A stretch of DNA of 64,000 nt. Source: Euzebyales bacterium (GTDB lineage: Bacteria > Actinomycetota > Nitriliruptoria > Euzebyales > JAHELV01). The stretch is from positions 156 to 64,155 of the forward strand of contig DASUUK010000094.1 in assembly GCA_036374135.1 (NCBI GenBank). Direction: 5' to 3'. Positions 16,961 through 25,821 of the stretch are shown here, piece after piece. A model generated the notes under the pieces. The model saw nothing but the letters and a program-made list of their open reading frames with translations, made no database searches and had not been told where the DNA came from. Within the stretch, counting starts at the first letter, position 1. Each line of letters opens with the position of its first letter. The position numbers were made by a program, and so were the translations under genes.

Positions 16961-17713
16961 GTGGGTGACGCTCCGATCCGCACCGCGCACGACGGCCGGG
17001 TGCACACGATCACTCTGGCCTCCCCGCACAACCGCAACGCGTTGTCGCGGCCGCTGCTGACAGGGCTGCGCACGGCGCTGGGCGCCGTCGCCGCCGACGA
17101 TCAGGCCCAGCTGGTCGTGCTGCGTGCCGAGGGGCCGGCGTTCTGCGCCGGTGCGGATCTCCAGGAGGCTGCCGCAGCCGACGCCGCCGCACAGGCGGCC
17201 ACGTCCGACCGCATGCTCGGTGTGCTGCGCGCGATCGTGACGCTACCGGTGCCGGTGCTCGCGGTCGTGCACGGACCCGTGCGCGCCGGCGGGATCGGTC
17301 TGGTCGCCGCGTGCGATCTGGCCGTGGCGTCGGCCGACGCCACGTTCGCCGCCGGCGAGGTGCGACTCGGCCTGGCACCTGCCGTCATCTCGACCGTGGT
17401 GGTCCCCCGGCTGAGCGACCGCGACGCGTCCCTGCTGCTGCTGGGAGCCGGGACGATCGCCGCGCCGGAGGCGGCCGAGGTCGGACTGGTCACCGCCGCC
17501 GTCCCGCCGCACGACCTGGATGCGAAGGTCGCCGACGTCATCGAGCAGCTGTGTGCATCGCCCCGGCAGGGCCTGGTGGCGACCAAACGCCTGTTGAACC
17601 GGTCGCTGGTCGCCCGCATCGATGCCGACGGGCCGGCCATGGCCGAGCTGTCGGCCAATCTGTTCCAGTCCGAGGTCGCGCAGTCCCGCTTCCGACAGTT
17701 CCTCGGCGGCTGA
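16961..17713 (+). CDS. Enoyl-CoA hydratase/isomerase (crotonase) family protein
   Basis: 250 aa. VHTITLASPHNRNALS, GPAFCAGADL, VVHGPVRAGGIGLVAACDLAVAS (oxyanion-hole regions). GTG start. Confidence 0.85.
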   Translation: MGDAPIRTAHDGRVHTITLASPHNRNALSRPLLTGLRTALGAVAADDQAQLVVLRAEGPAFCAGADLQEAAAADAAAQAATSDRMLGVLRAIVTLPVPVLAVVHGPVRAGGIGLVAACDLAVASADATFAAGEVRLGLAPAVISTVVVPRLSDRDASLLLLGAGTIAAPEAAEVGLVTAAVPPHDLDAKVADVIEQLCASPRQGLVATKRLLNRSLVARIDADGPAMAELSANLFQSEVAQSRFRQFLGG

Positions 17714-17781
17714 GCGCTCGGACGATCCCGGCGACCGGCCCCGGTTGACGGGATCGGACGACGACACAGAAAGGCGAGGTC

Positions 17782-18513
17782 ATGAGTGACATGTCGAGCG
17801 GTGGGCCGCCGGCGCAGTACGGGGATCTGCGGGCGATCTACATCAACTGCACGTTGAAGCGGTCGCCGGAGGGGTCGCACACCCAGGGGTTGGCGGACCG
17901 GTCGATCGCGGTCATGGAGGCGCAGGGGGTGACCGTCGATCAGGTCCGTGCAGTCGATCATGAGATCGCGACGGGGGTGTGGCCGGACATGACCGAGCAC
18001 GGCTGGGACGCCGATGCGTGGCCCGGCATCTTCGAGCGGGTGATGGCCGCCGACATCCTGGTGTTGACGACGCCGATCTGGCTGGGTCAGCACTCGTCGG
18101 TGTGCACCCGGGTGATCGAGCGGTTGTACGGCAACAGCCATCTGCTCAACGACGCCGGGCAGTACGCGTACTACGGGCGGGTGGCCGGGTGCCTGGTGAC
18201 GGGCAATGAGGACGGGATCAAGCACTGCGCGATGGGCATCCTGTACTCGTTGCAGCACGTGGGGTACGTGATCCCGCCGCAGGCCGACGCGGGGTGGATC
18301 GGTGAGGCGGGTCCGGGGCCGTCGTATCTGGATGAAGGGTCGGGGGGTCCCGAGAACGACTTCACGAACCGCAACACGGCGTTCATGACGTGGAACCTGC
18401 TGCACACGGCGCGGATGCTCAAGGATGCCGGCGGCGTGCCGGCGTACGGCAACCAGCGGTCGGAGTGGGACGCGGGCTGCCGGTTCGACTACCCCAACCC
18501 CGAGCACCGCTGA
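17782..18513 (+). CDS. Flavodoxin-like NAD(P)H-dependent FMN reductase family protein
   Basis: 243 aa. LRAIYINCTLKRSPEGSHT...ADILVLTTPIWLGQHSS...VAGCLVTGNEDG is the NADPH_FMN_red / flavodoxin-2 pattern. Confidence 0.8.
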   Translation: MSDMSSGGPPAQYGDLRAIYINCTLKRSPEGSHTQGLADRSIAVMEAQGVTVDQVRAVDHEIATGVWPDMTEHGWDADAWPGIFERVMAADILVLTTPIWLGQHSSVCTRVIERLYGNSHLLNDAGQYAYYGRVAGCLVTGNEDGIKHCAMGILYSLQHVGYVIPPQADAGWIGEAGPGPSYLDEGSGGPENDFTNRNTAFMTWNLLHTARMLKDAGGVPAYGNQRSEWDAGCRFDYPNPEHR

Positions 18514-18546
18514 CCCCATCCCCCACAGTCGGGCGCACGGCGGGAG

Positions 18547-19488
18547 TCACCCGTCGCGGTGGGCGGAACGCCCGTCGAGCGGGCCACCATGCCAGCGCTC
18601 GATCAGCCGTCGCGCGATCGACACGCGCGGCGGCAGGATCACGTCCTCGCGTGCGACCGCGTCCCGCAGCGCCTGTCGTGTGAACCAGCGCGCGTCCACG
18701 ATCTCCTGGTCGTCGGTCGCGATGGTCGTGGTCGTGGCGTGCGCGATGAAGCCGACCATCAGGCTGCGCGGGAACGGCCACGGTTGGCTGCCCAGGTAGG
18801 TCATCCGGTCCACGGCGACCGATGTCTCCTCGTGGACCTCGCGGACCACGGCCTGCTCGAGCGACTCGCCGGGCTCGACGAAGCCGGCCAGCGTCGAGAA
18901 CCGCCGTGCGGGCCACCGCGCCTGGTGACCTAGCAGCAGGCGGTCGTCGTCGTCGACGACGGCCATGATCACCGCCGGGTCCACCCGAGGATGCTGCAGC
19001 GAGCCGTCGACGGGGCAGACCCGGAGCAGTCCGGCCTCGCGCACATCGGTCGCCGTTCCACACCGGGGGCAGTGACCGTGGGACGCGTGCCACGCCTCCA
19101 GCGCGACCGCGGTGGTCATCAGGCCCGCGTCGCGGTCCGACAGCAGCGCGCCGATCTCGCGCAGGGTGGCCGGCCGCCCTGTCGCCGGTGGACGACCGGC
19201 GATACCGAAGATCGCCGTGCCGTCGTCGTCGACGCCGAGCAGCCACGGCAGGGTGCCGCCGTCGACGGGCGCCTCGGCCGGGCTGACCAGCAGCAGTGCG
19301 GGCGGGTCACCGTCCACGGCGACCGAGCCGTCGTGGACCGCCAGGACGCGTGAGGCGGGATCGCTCCAGCGACGCGCGAGCCAGGCGTCGTCGGTGCGGT
19401 GGCGGGCGGCACGGTCGACCGTGCCACGCGCCAGTGACAGATCGGCCAACGGTTGTGTGGTCACCGCAGTCACGCTCCCCTGACGCAC
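18547..19488 (-). CDS. nudC: NAD(+) diphosphatase (NADH pyrophosphatase) NudC
   Basis: 313 aa. Zinc-ribbon CPRCG...VCP, Nudix box GFVEPGESLEQAVVREVHEETSV, and SQPWPFP, the motif typical of NudC. The GTG start is uncertain by a few codons. Confidence 0.9.
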   Translation of the reverse strand: MRQGSVTAVTTQPLADLSLARGTVDRAARHRTDDAWLARRWSDPASRVLAVHDGSVAVDGDPPALLLVSPAEAPVDGGTLPWLLGVDDDGTAIFGIAGRPPATGRPATLREIGALLSDRDAGLMTTAVALEAWHASHGHCPRCGTATDVREAGLLRVCPVDGSLQHPRVDPAVIMAVVDDDDRLLLGHQARWPARRFSTLAGFVEPGESLEQAVVREVHEETSVAVDRMTYLGSQPWPFPRSLMVGFIAHATTTTIATDDQEIVDARWFTRQALRDAVAREDVILPPRVSIARRLIERWHGGPLDGRSAHRDG

Positions 19489-19581
19489 GCCACCTCACGC
19501 CCGGTGTGCCCGTCACGCCGACGGCGGAAGATGGGGCCACGCTGGTGCGCCGGCGATCCCCTCGTCTAGGCTGACCGCCTG

Positions 19582-20841
19582 ATGCCACGGACAGCCACGC
19601 GGTACTCGGCGCTCGAACTGCTCCGCCGCGGCGTGACCGGGGCCGCCTGGCCGCGGGTGTGGCGCACGCCCGAGCTGCGGCCCACGGCCGACGTCGTGAT
19701 CATCGGTGGCGGCGTCCACGGCCTGGCCACCGCCTACTACCTTGCCGCCAACCACGGCATCACCGACGTCGCGGTGGTCGACAAGGGCTACATAGGGGGC
19801 GGGGGGTCGGGCCGCAACACCGCGATCGTCCGCTCGAACTACCTCACGCCGGAAGGCGTCACGTTCTACGACCGCTCCGTGGCGCTGTACGAGCGGCTGT
19901 CCGCGGAGCTGAACTTCAACGTCATGTTCTCCCAGCGCGGTCACATGACGCTCGCGCACAGCGACGCATCGCTGCGCACGATGCGGTGGCGGGCGGAGGT
20001 CAACAAGCTCGCCGGCATCGACTCGGAGGTCGTCGACGCATCGGAGGTCAAGCGGCTCGCGCCGCCGTTGGACACCTCGCGCCACACCCGCTACCCGATC
20101 CTCGGCGCCCTGTACCATCCGCCCGGCGGCATCATCCGCCATGACGCCGTCGTGTGGGGCTACGCCCGCGCCGCGACGGCGCTGGGCATCCGCATCCACC
20201 AGCACACCGAGGTGACCGGCATCACGGTGGCGTCCGGCCAGGTGCGGGGCGTCACGACGACTGCGGGCGAGATCGTCGCGCCGGTCGTCGTCAACTGCAC
20301 GGCCGGCTGGTCCTCGCTGGTGGCCGACATGGCCGGCGTCCGGCTGCCGATCAGCACGTTTCCCCTGCAGGCCGCGGTCACGGAGCCGGTGCGGCCGTTC
20401 CTGCCGACGGTGGTCGTGTCGGGCACAGTGCACGTCTACGTCAGCCAGACCGACCGGGGAGAGCTCGTGTTCGGCGCGTCGGTCGATCCGTTCACGTCGT
20501 ACGCCACCCGCGGCAGCCTGACGTTCCTCGAAGGGCTGGCGGGCCACGTGCTGCAGCTGATGCCCCAGCTGTCGCAGTTGCGGGTGCTGCGCCAGTGGGC
20601 CGGCCTGTGCGACATGACCCCCGACTTCTCGCCGATCATGGGCGTGACACCGGTCGACGGCTTCCTGGTCGATGTCGGCTGGGGAACCTACGGCTTCAAG
20701 GCCGCTCCCGTGGCGGGCGAAACGATGGCCCAGCTGGTGGCGACCGGCAGGACGCCGGAGCTCATCGCCGACTTCGATCTCGCGCGGTTCGCCGACGGAC
20801 GGCTCGTCGGCGAGAAGGGCGCGGCGGCCGTGGGGCACTGA
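19582..20841 (+). CDS. soxB: Sarcosine oxidase subunit beta
   Basis: 419 aa. FAD fold DVVIIGGGVHGLATAYYLA, GGGGSGRNTAIVRSNY, typical SoxB length and sequence. Followed by soxD and soxA. Confidence 0.95.
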   Translation: MPRTATRYSALELLRRGVTGAAWPRVWRTPELRPTADVVIIGGGVHGLATAYYLAANHGITDVAVVDKGYIGGGGSGRNTAIVRSNYLTPEGVTFYDRSVALYERLSAELNFNVMFSQRGHMTLAHSDASLRTMRWRAEVNKLAGIDSEVVDASEVKRLAPPLDTSRHTRYPILGALYHPPGGIIRHDAVVWGYARAATALGIRIHQHTEVTGITVASGQVRGVTTTAGEIVAPVVVNCTAGWSSLVADMAGVRLPISTFPLQAAVTEPVRPFLPTVVVSGTVHVYVSQTDRGELVFGASVDPFTSYATRGSLTFLEGLAGHVLQLMPQLSQLRVLRQWAGLCDMTPDFSPIMGVTPVDGFLVDVGWGTYGFKAAPVAGETMAQLVATGRTPELIADFDLARFADGRLVGEKGAAAVGH

Positions 20842-20926
20842 CCCGACCGGTGATGCGGATGACCGACGACCACGCAGGAGCTGCGGCCACGCCGGGCGCC
20901 GGCACCGGGCGGCCGGGGCGGCGACC

Positions 20927-21256
20927 GTGATCGAGCTGCACTGCCCGAACTGTGGGCCACGCAACGTCGATGAGTTCCGCTACATCGGCGAGCGGCGCGT
21001 ACGACCCGATCCCGCGACCGCGGATCAGGTGGCGTGGCGCACCTACCTGTACCTGCGCGTCAACCCGGCGGGATGGACCGACGAGACCTGGCTGCACCGC
21101 AACGGCTGCCGCCGCTACCTCGTGGTCGAGCGTCACACGGTGTCCAACGTGGTCCGCAGCGTGCGTGAGGCGGTCGGCGACGCGACCGGCGTGCACGCCC
21201 GAGCCGGACAGCCGGCGCACACCGACGGCGCAGCGTCGCCAGGGACGGGCGCGTGA
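20927..21256 (+). CDS. soxD: Sarcosine oxidase subunit delta
   Basis: In-frame GTG 20927 of ORF 20672..21256. (M)IELHCPNCGPRNVDEFRYIGE...WLHRNGCRRYLVVERHT is the SoxD zinc-binding pattern. Its stop overlaps the soxA GTG (GTGA). Confidence 0.85.
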   Translation: MIELHCPNCGPRNVDEFRYIGERRVRPDPATADQVAWRTYLYLRVNPAGWTDETWLHRNGCRRYLVVERHTVSNVVRSVREAVGDATGVHARAGQPAHTDGAASPGTGA

Positions 21257-24200
21257 GCACGGTCACCGGCCACGACGCCATGCGGCTGGGCGTGCAGCCC
21301 GGTGAGGTGATCGACCGCACACGCGAGGTCCGGTTCTCGTGGAACGGGGAGCCCCATCGCGGCTACGCCGGCGACACGATCGCGTCGGCCCTGGCCGCCG
21401 ACGGCGTGCGGGTGCTCTCGCGCAGCTTCAAGTACCACCGTCCGCGCGGGCTGCTGACGGCGAGCTTCCACGACCCGGGCTGCATCGTGCAGGTCGGCGA
21501 CGAGCCCAACGTCCGTGGCGCGCACCGACGTGTCGTCGATGGCATGGACGTACGTGCCCAGAACGCCTGGCCGTCGCTGCGCTTCGATGTCAAGGCGGTC
21601 AACCAGCTGCTGTCCCCGTTCCTGTCGTCCGGCTTCTACTACAAGACGTTCATGGCACCGCGGCCACTGTGGCCCGCGTACGCGCGGGTCCTGCGCCGGT
21701 TCGCAGCGGGCGGCCGCGTGCCGTCCACGCCGCCCCACGCGACCTATGACCAGCGTCATGCCCACGCCGACGTGGTCGTCGCCGGTGGCGGTCCCGCCGG
21801 CATGGCGGCGGCCGCGGCGGCCGCGGTCTCGGGAGCACGCGTGCTGCTCGTCGAGGAGGAGCACGCGCTGGGCGGGCACCTGCGCTGGAGCGGGCCCGAC
21901 GCGCGGGCGGCCCTGGCCGAGTTGCGCGACGCGGTCACGGCCGCGGGGGTCGAGGTGCTGACCGACGCCGTGGTGACAGGTCGCTACGACGGCAACTGGA
22001 TCGCGGTGCTGCAGCGCGGGCCGGAGCAGGCGACCGAGCGGCTGGTGAAGGTGCGCGCCGGCAGCCTCGTCGTGGCGCCGGGCCTGATCGAACGCCCGTA
22101 TGTCTTCGCCGGCAACGACCTGCCGGGCGTGCTGCTGTCGACGGCGGTGCGACGCCTGGTCAACCTGTACGCGGTGCGCCCCGGTACCGCTGCGGTCGTG
22201 CTGACCGCGAACGACGCGGGCGACGCCGCGGCCGACGACCTGGCCCGCGTGGGCATCGACGTCCGCGCCGTGCTCGACGCGCGCGCGGGCCGCGACGTCG
22301 TCCGCGCCCGTGGCCGTGGTGGGGTGCAGGCCGTCGAGTGCGGTGACGGCCGCACGATCGAGGCCGATCTGCTGGTCACGGCGACCGGTTGGACCGCGCC
22401 GACCGCGCTGCTCAACATGGCGGGCGCCGTTCCGACGTACGAGCCGCACGCGGCGCGGTTCCTGCCCGGCGACCTGCCGCCGGACGTCCAGGTGACCGGT
22501 GGGATCGCCGGTGACGGGCCGCTCGAGGACGTCGTCGACCACGGTCGGGCGACCGGTACCGCGGCGGCAGAACACGCGCTGACCCACCGTCGGCGGACGA
22601 CCGCGGCCTCGCGGAGGGATGTTCCCGATGACCAGCCGGTGCTGCGGGCGGCGGATCACCCTGCGCTGTTCCGTGCCCGCACGCACGGCTTCGTCGACTT
22701 CTCGGAGGACGTGACATCGAAGGAGCTCGTGGGCGCGGTCCACGAGGGCTACGACCACATCGAGCTGGCCAAGCGCTACACGACCGCCACGATGGGCCCG
22801 CTCCAGGGCAAGCTCGAGGTCGTCAACACCGTCGCCGTCGTGGCCGAGGCCACCGGCAGCGGCATCGCCGCGACCGGTACGACGGTGTGGCGTCCCCCGT
22901 ACGCGCCCATCAGCCTCGGCGCGCTCGCCGGACGCGTGCACGAGCCCGTGCGGCGCAGCCCGTTGCACGACTGGCACGTCGAGCACGGCGCGGCGCCGCT
23001 CATCGCCGGCGCCTGGATCCGTCCTGACCACTACGGTGACCCCGCCGGCGAGGCGCGCAACGTGCGGGAGGCCGTCGGCATCATCGACGTCACCCCGCTC
23101 GGCAAGCTCGACCTGCGGGGTCCCGACGTGCCGCGACTGCTGAACCAGCTGTATGTCAACAAGTGGTCGAAGCTGCCGGTCGGCGCCGTGCGCTACGGCG
23201 TCATGTGCACCGATGACGGCGTGGTGTTCGACGACGGCGTGACCGGCCACCTCGGCGACGACCACTACCTCATGACCACCACGTCGTCGGGCGCGCTCGC
23301 GGTGTGGGAGTGGGTCGAGAACTGGCTGCAGACCGAGCGGCCGGACTGGCGGGTCCACGTCACGCCGGTCACCACCGCGTACACCAGCATCAACGTCGCA
23401 GGTCCCCGGTCCCGCGAACTGCTGGCCCGGCTCGTCGACGGCGTCGATCTCGATCCCGACGAGTTCGGCTACATGCGGGTGCGTCGCGGGACGGTCGCAG
23501 GTGTCGCCGACTGCGTCATGTGGCGGATCGGGTTCACCGGCGAGCTGAGCTTCGAGCTGCACGTGCCGTCGGGCTACGGCCTGCACGTGTGGACCAGCCT
23601 GCTCACCGCGGGCGACGACCTCGGCATCCGGCCGTTCGGCGTCGAGGCCCAGCGCATCCTGCGGCTGGAGAAGGGGCACGCGATCGTCGGTCAGGACACC
23701 GACGGATTGACCCAGGCCTACGGTGCCGATCTGGAGTGGGCGGTCAAGCTCGACAAGCACGACTTCGCCGGCAAACCGGAGCTGGTGTGGCAGAAGGTGC
23801 GCGGCGACCACGACCACCTGGTCGGGCTGCAACCGGTCGACGGGTCGGTGGTGCCACCGGAGGCGAGTCAGATCGTCGAGTCCTCGACCACGATCGTGGG
23901 GCGGATCACGTCGAGCCGGATGTCCCCTACGCTGGGCCGATCGGTCTGTCTCGCCCACGTCGCGCCGCACCTCGCCGAGCCCGGAACGCTCGTGACCGTC
24001 GTCCTGCCGGACCGCCGTCGCATCCCCGCACGCGTGATGCCGCAGCTCGCGCACGTCGATCCCGACGGTGTGCGCCTGCGCGGCGAGCCGCCGTGGCGTG
24101 ACACTCCTCGCAGCGTCCCCATCGCGACGCCGCTGGCCCACCCGCCGGTCCCGGTGACCGGCCCGGCGGGTGTGATCGGTGGCTGGCGCGTGGGCACGGG

Positions 24201-24732
24201 CCGTAGCAACGCCGCGCTGCGGCTCGCCGACCACAGCGCGCTGGCCTGCACGTGGGTGCTCGCCCCGCGCGACGGCGCTGCAGCGGCGACGCTCGCGCCC
24301 GCGGGGCGCGCGGAACGGCGGTCGGATGGGGCCCTCGTGTGCGGCCTGGGTCCCGGCGAGTGGCTGATCGTCACCGCCGCCGGCGACACCGACGCGGTCG
24401 GACGCGTGCGCGCGGAGGTGCCCGGCCACAATGGGTTGGTGACGGTCATCGATGTCACCCACGGCCGGGCGCTGCTGCGGTTGACGGGCGAGGATGCACC
24501 CGCGGTGCTGGCGAAGGTGTGCGCGATCGACCTGCACGACGACGTCACCCCCGACGGCACCGCCCTGCGCACGAAGGTCGCGGCGGTCACCGCGGACCTC
24601 GTGCGTGACGACCGCGACGGCACACGCTCGTATCTCGTGGGCTGTGAGTGGTCGTCCGGGCGATACCTGTTCGACGAGATTCGACACGCCGGCGTCGAGT
24701 TCGCCGTCGCCGTGGACGGGTTGCACCCGTGA
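21253..24732 (+). CDS. soxA: Sarcosine oxidase subunit alpha with C-terminally fused gamma subunit (SoxA-SoxG fusion)
   Basis: 1159 aa in one frame. An N-terminal 2Fe-2S-like/NAD domain (DVVVAGGGPAGMAAA) is followed by a GcvT-like THF domain that ends ...HVDPDGVRLRG, the usual SoxA C-terminus (about aa 946). About 210 aa of SoxG-like sequence then follow (LRLTGEDAPAVLAKVCAIDLH...TKVAAVTADLVR). Confidence 0.88.
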   Translation: MSTVTGHDAMRLGVQPGEVIDRTREVRFSWNGEPHRGYAGDTIASALAADGVRVLSRSFKYHRPRGLLTASFHDPGCIVQVGDEPNVRGAHRRVVDGMDVRAQNAWPSLRFDVKAVNQLLSPFLSSGFYYKTFMAPRPLWPAYARVLRRFAAGGRVPSTPPHATYDQRHAHADVVVAGGGPAGMAAAAAAAVSGARVLLVEEEHALGGHLRWSGPDARAALAELRDAVTAAGVEVLTDAVVTGRYDGNWIAVLQRGPEQATERLVKVRAGSLVVAPGLIERPYVFAGNDLPGVLLSTAVRRLVNLYAVRPGTAAVVLTANDAGDAAADDLARVGIDVRAVLDARAGRDVVRARGRGGVQAVECGDGRTIEADLLVTATGWTAPTALLNMAGAVPTYEPHAARFLPGDLPPDVQVTGGIAGDGPLEDVVDHGRATGTAAAEHALTHRRRTTAASRRDVPDDQPVLRAADHPALFRARTHGFVDFSEDVTSKELVGAVHEGYDHIELAKRYTTATMGPLQGKLEVVNTVAVVAEATGSGIAATGTTVWRPPYAPISLGALAGRVHEPVRRSPLHDWHVEHGAAPLIAGAWIRPDHYGDPAGEARNVREAVGIIDVTPLGKLDLRGPDVPRLLNQLYVNKWSKLPVGAVRYGVMCTDDGVVFDDGVTGHLGDDHYLMTTTSSGALAVWEWVENWLQTERPDWRVHVTPVTTAYTSINVAGPRSRELLARLVDGVDLDPDEFGYMRVRRGTVAGVADCVMWRIGFTGELSFELHVPSGYGLHVWTSLLTAGDDLGIRPFGVEAQRILRLEKGHAIVGQDTDGLTQAYGADLEWAVKLDKHDFAGKPELVWQKVRGDHDHLVGLQPVDGSVVPPEASQIVESSTTIVGRITSSRMSPTLGRSVCLAHVAPHLAEPGTLVTVVLPDRRRIPARVMPQLAHVDPDGVRLRGEPPWRDTPRSVPIATPLAHPPVPVTGPAGVIGGWRVGTGRSNAALRLADHSALACTWVLAPRDGAAAATLAPAGRAERRSDGALVCGLGPGEWLIVTAAGDTDAVGRVRAEVPGHNGLVTVIDVTHGRALLRLTGEDAPAVLAKVCAIDLHDDVTPDGTALRTKVAAVTADLVRDDRDGTRSYLVGCEWSSGRYLFDEIRHAGVEFAVAVDGLHP

Positions 24733-24786
24733 CACCGTGCGGCTCCGCCCGCACCCGACGTCGGGGGAGATTGTGAGGCGCGTGCG

Positions 24787-25821
24787 ATGACACTGACACA
24801 ACGACTGGCCGATGGTCCGGTCATCTGTGCCGAGGGCTACCTGTTCGAGCTCGAGCGGCGCGGCTACCTCCAGGCGGGCGCATTCGTTCCCGAGGTGGTC
24901 GTTGACCACCCCGAGAAGGTGGCGCAACTGCACGAGGAGTTCGTCCACGCCGGATCGGACGTGGTGCAGGCATTCACCTACTACGCGCACCGTGAGAAGC
25001 TGCGGGTGATCGGCCGCGAGCACCTGCTCGAGCAGCTCAACCGCGACGCGCTGACCATCGCGGCACAGGTCGCCTCCGCGCACGGTGCGCTCCTCGCCGG
25101 CAACGTCTGCAACACCAACGTGTTCGACCCCGACGACCCGGTGCGCGTGCGCGAGGTCCGGGCCATGTTCGCCGACCAGGTGGGCTGGATCGCCGAGGCG
25201 GGCGTCGACGTGGTGATCGCCGAGACGCTGTGGTGGGGCCAGGAGGCGCTGCTGGCCCTCGACGTCATCCGCGAGGTCGGGCTGCCCGCGGTGGTGACCC
25301 TCGCGCCGCACCGGTCCGGGACGACCCGGGAGGGATGGAGCTATGCCGACGCATGTCGACGTCTCGCGGACGCCGGCGCGCGCGTCGTCGGGCTGAACTG
25401 CATCCGCGGTCCCGCGACGATGCTGCCGCTGCTCGACGACATCGTGGCCGCCGTCGATGTCCCCGTCGCCGCGCTGCCCGTGCCGTACCGCACGACGCCG
25501 GAGGAGCCGACCTTCCAGGCGCTGCGCGATCCCGGCTACGACGGTGCGCTACCGGGTGACCGCCCGTTCCCCACCGCACTGGACCCGTTCACGTGCCATC
25601 GGTACGAGGTCGCCGACTTCACGGCCGCGGCGCGTGACGCAGGTGTGCAGTGGTTCGGCCTGTGCTGTGGCGCGGGACCGCACCACCTCCGCGCCGTGGC
25701 CGAGGTGCTGGGACGCAGGCCGCCGGCGTCGCGGTACTCCCCCGACATGAGCCGGCACGCGTTCCTCGGCACCGACGCCAGGCTCCCGCGACAGGCGGAC
25801 GGCATCGGCGCCCAGCTGTAG
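24787..25821 (+). CDS. Betaine-homocysteine S-methyltransferase-like protein (Hcy-binding S-methyltransferase domain)
   Basis: 344 aa. N-terminus VICAEGYLFELERRGYLQAGAFVPEVVVDHPEKVAQLHEEFVHAGSDVVQAFTYYA closely resembles BHMT. Putative Zn ligands are GLNC and GLCCGAG. Confidence 0.85.
   Translation: MTLTQRLADGPVICAEGYLFELERRGYLQAGAFVPEVVVDHPEKVAQLHEEFVHAGSDVVQAFTYYAHREKLRVIGREHLLEQLNRDALTIAAQVASAHGALLAGNVCNTNVFDPDDPVRVREVRAMFADQVGWIAEAGVDVVIAETLWWGQEALLALDVIREVGLPAVVTLAPHRSGTTREGWSYADACRRLADAGARVVGLNCIRGPATMLPLLDDIVAAVDVPVAALPVPYRTTPEEPTFQALRDPGYDGALPGDRPFPTALDPFTCHRYEVADFTAAARDAGVQWFGLCCGAGPHHLRAVAEVLGRRPPASRYSPDMSRHAFLGTDARLPRQADGIGAQL

Noticed and set aside
21133-25311. A 1392-aa minus-strand ORF, plus similar long ORFs in the track (e.g. 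14648..16273-, 28482..30194-, 59682..61439-, 56560..58419-, 25831..27309-, 19513..20964-).
   Set aside because: They are Arg/Gly/Pro/His/Asp-rich with no recognisable motifs. Each lies exactly antisense to, or off-frame from, a gene with strong family signatures (soxA, Rieske oxygenase, antiporter, RND, M81, kinase, soxB). These are the typical stop-codon-poor shadow frames of high-GC DNA.
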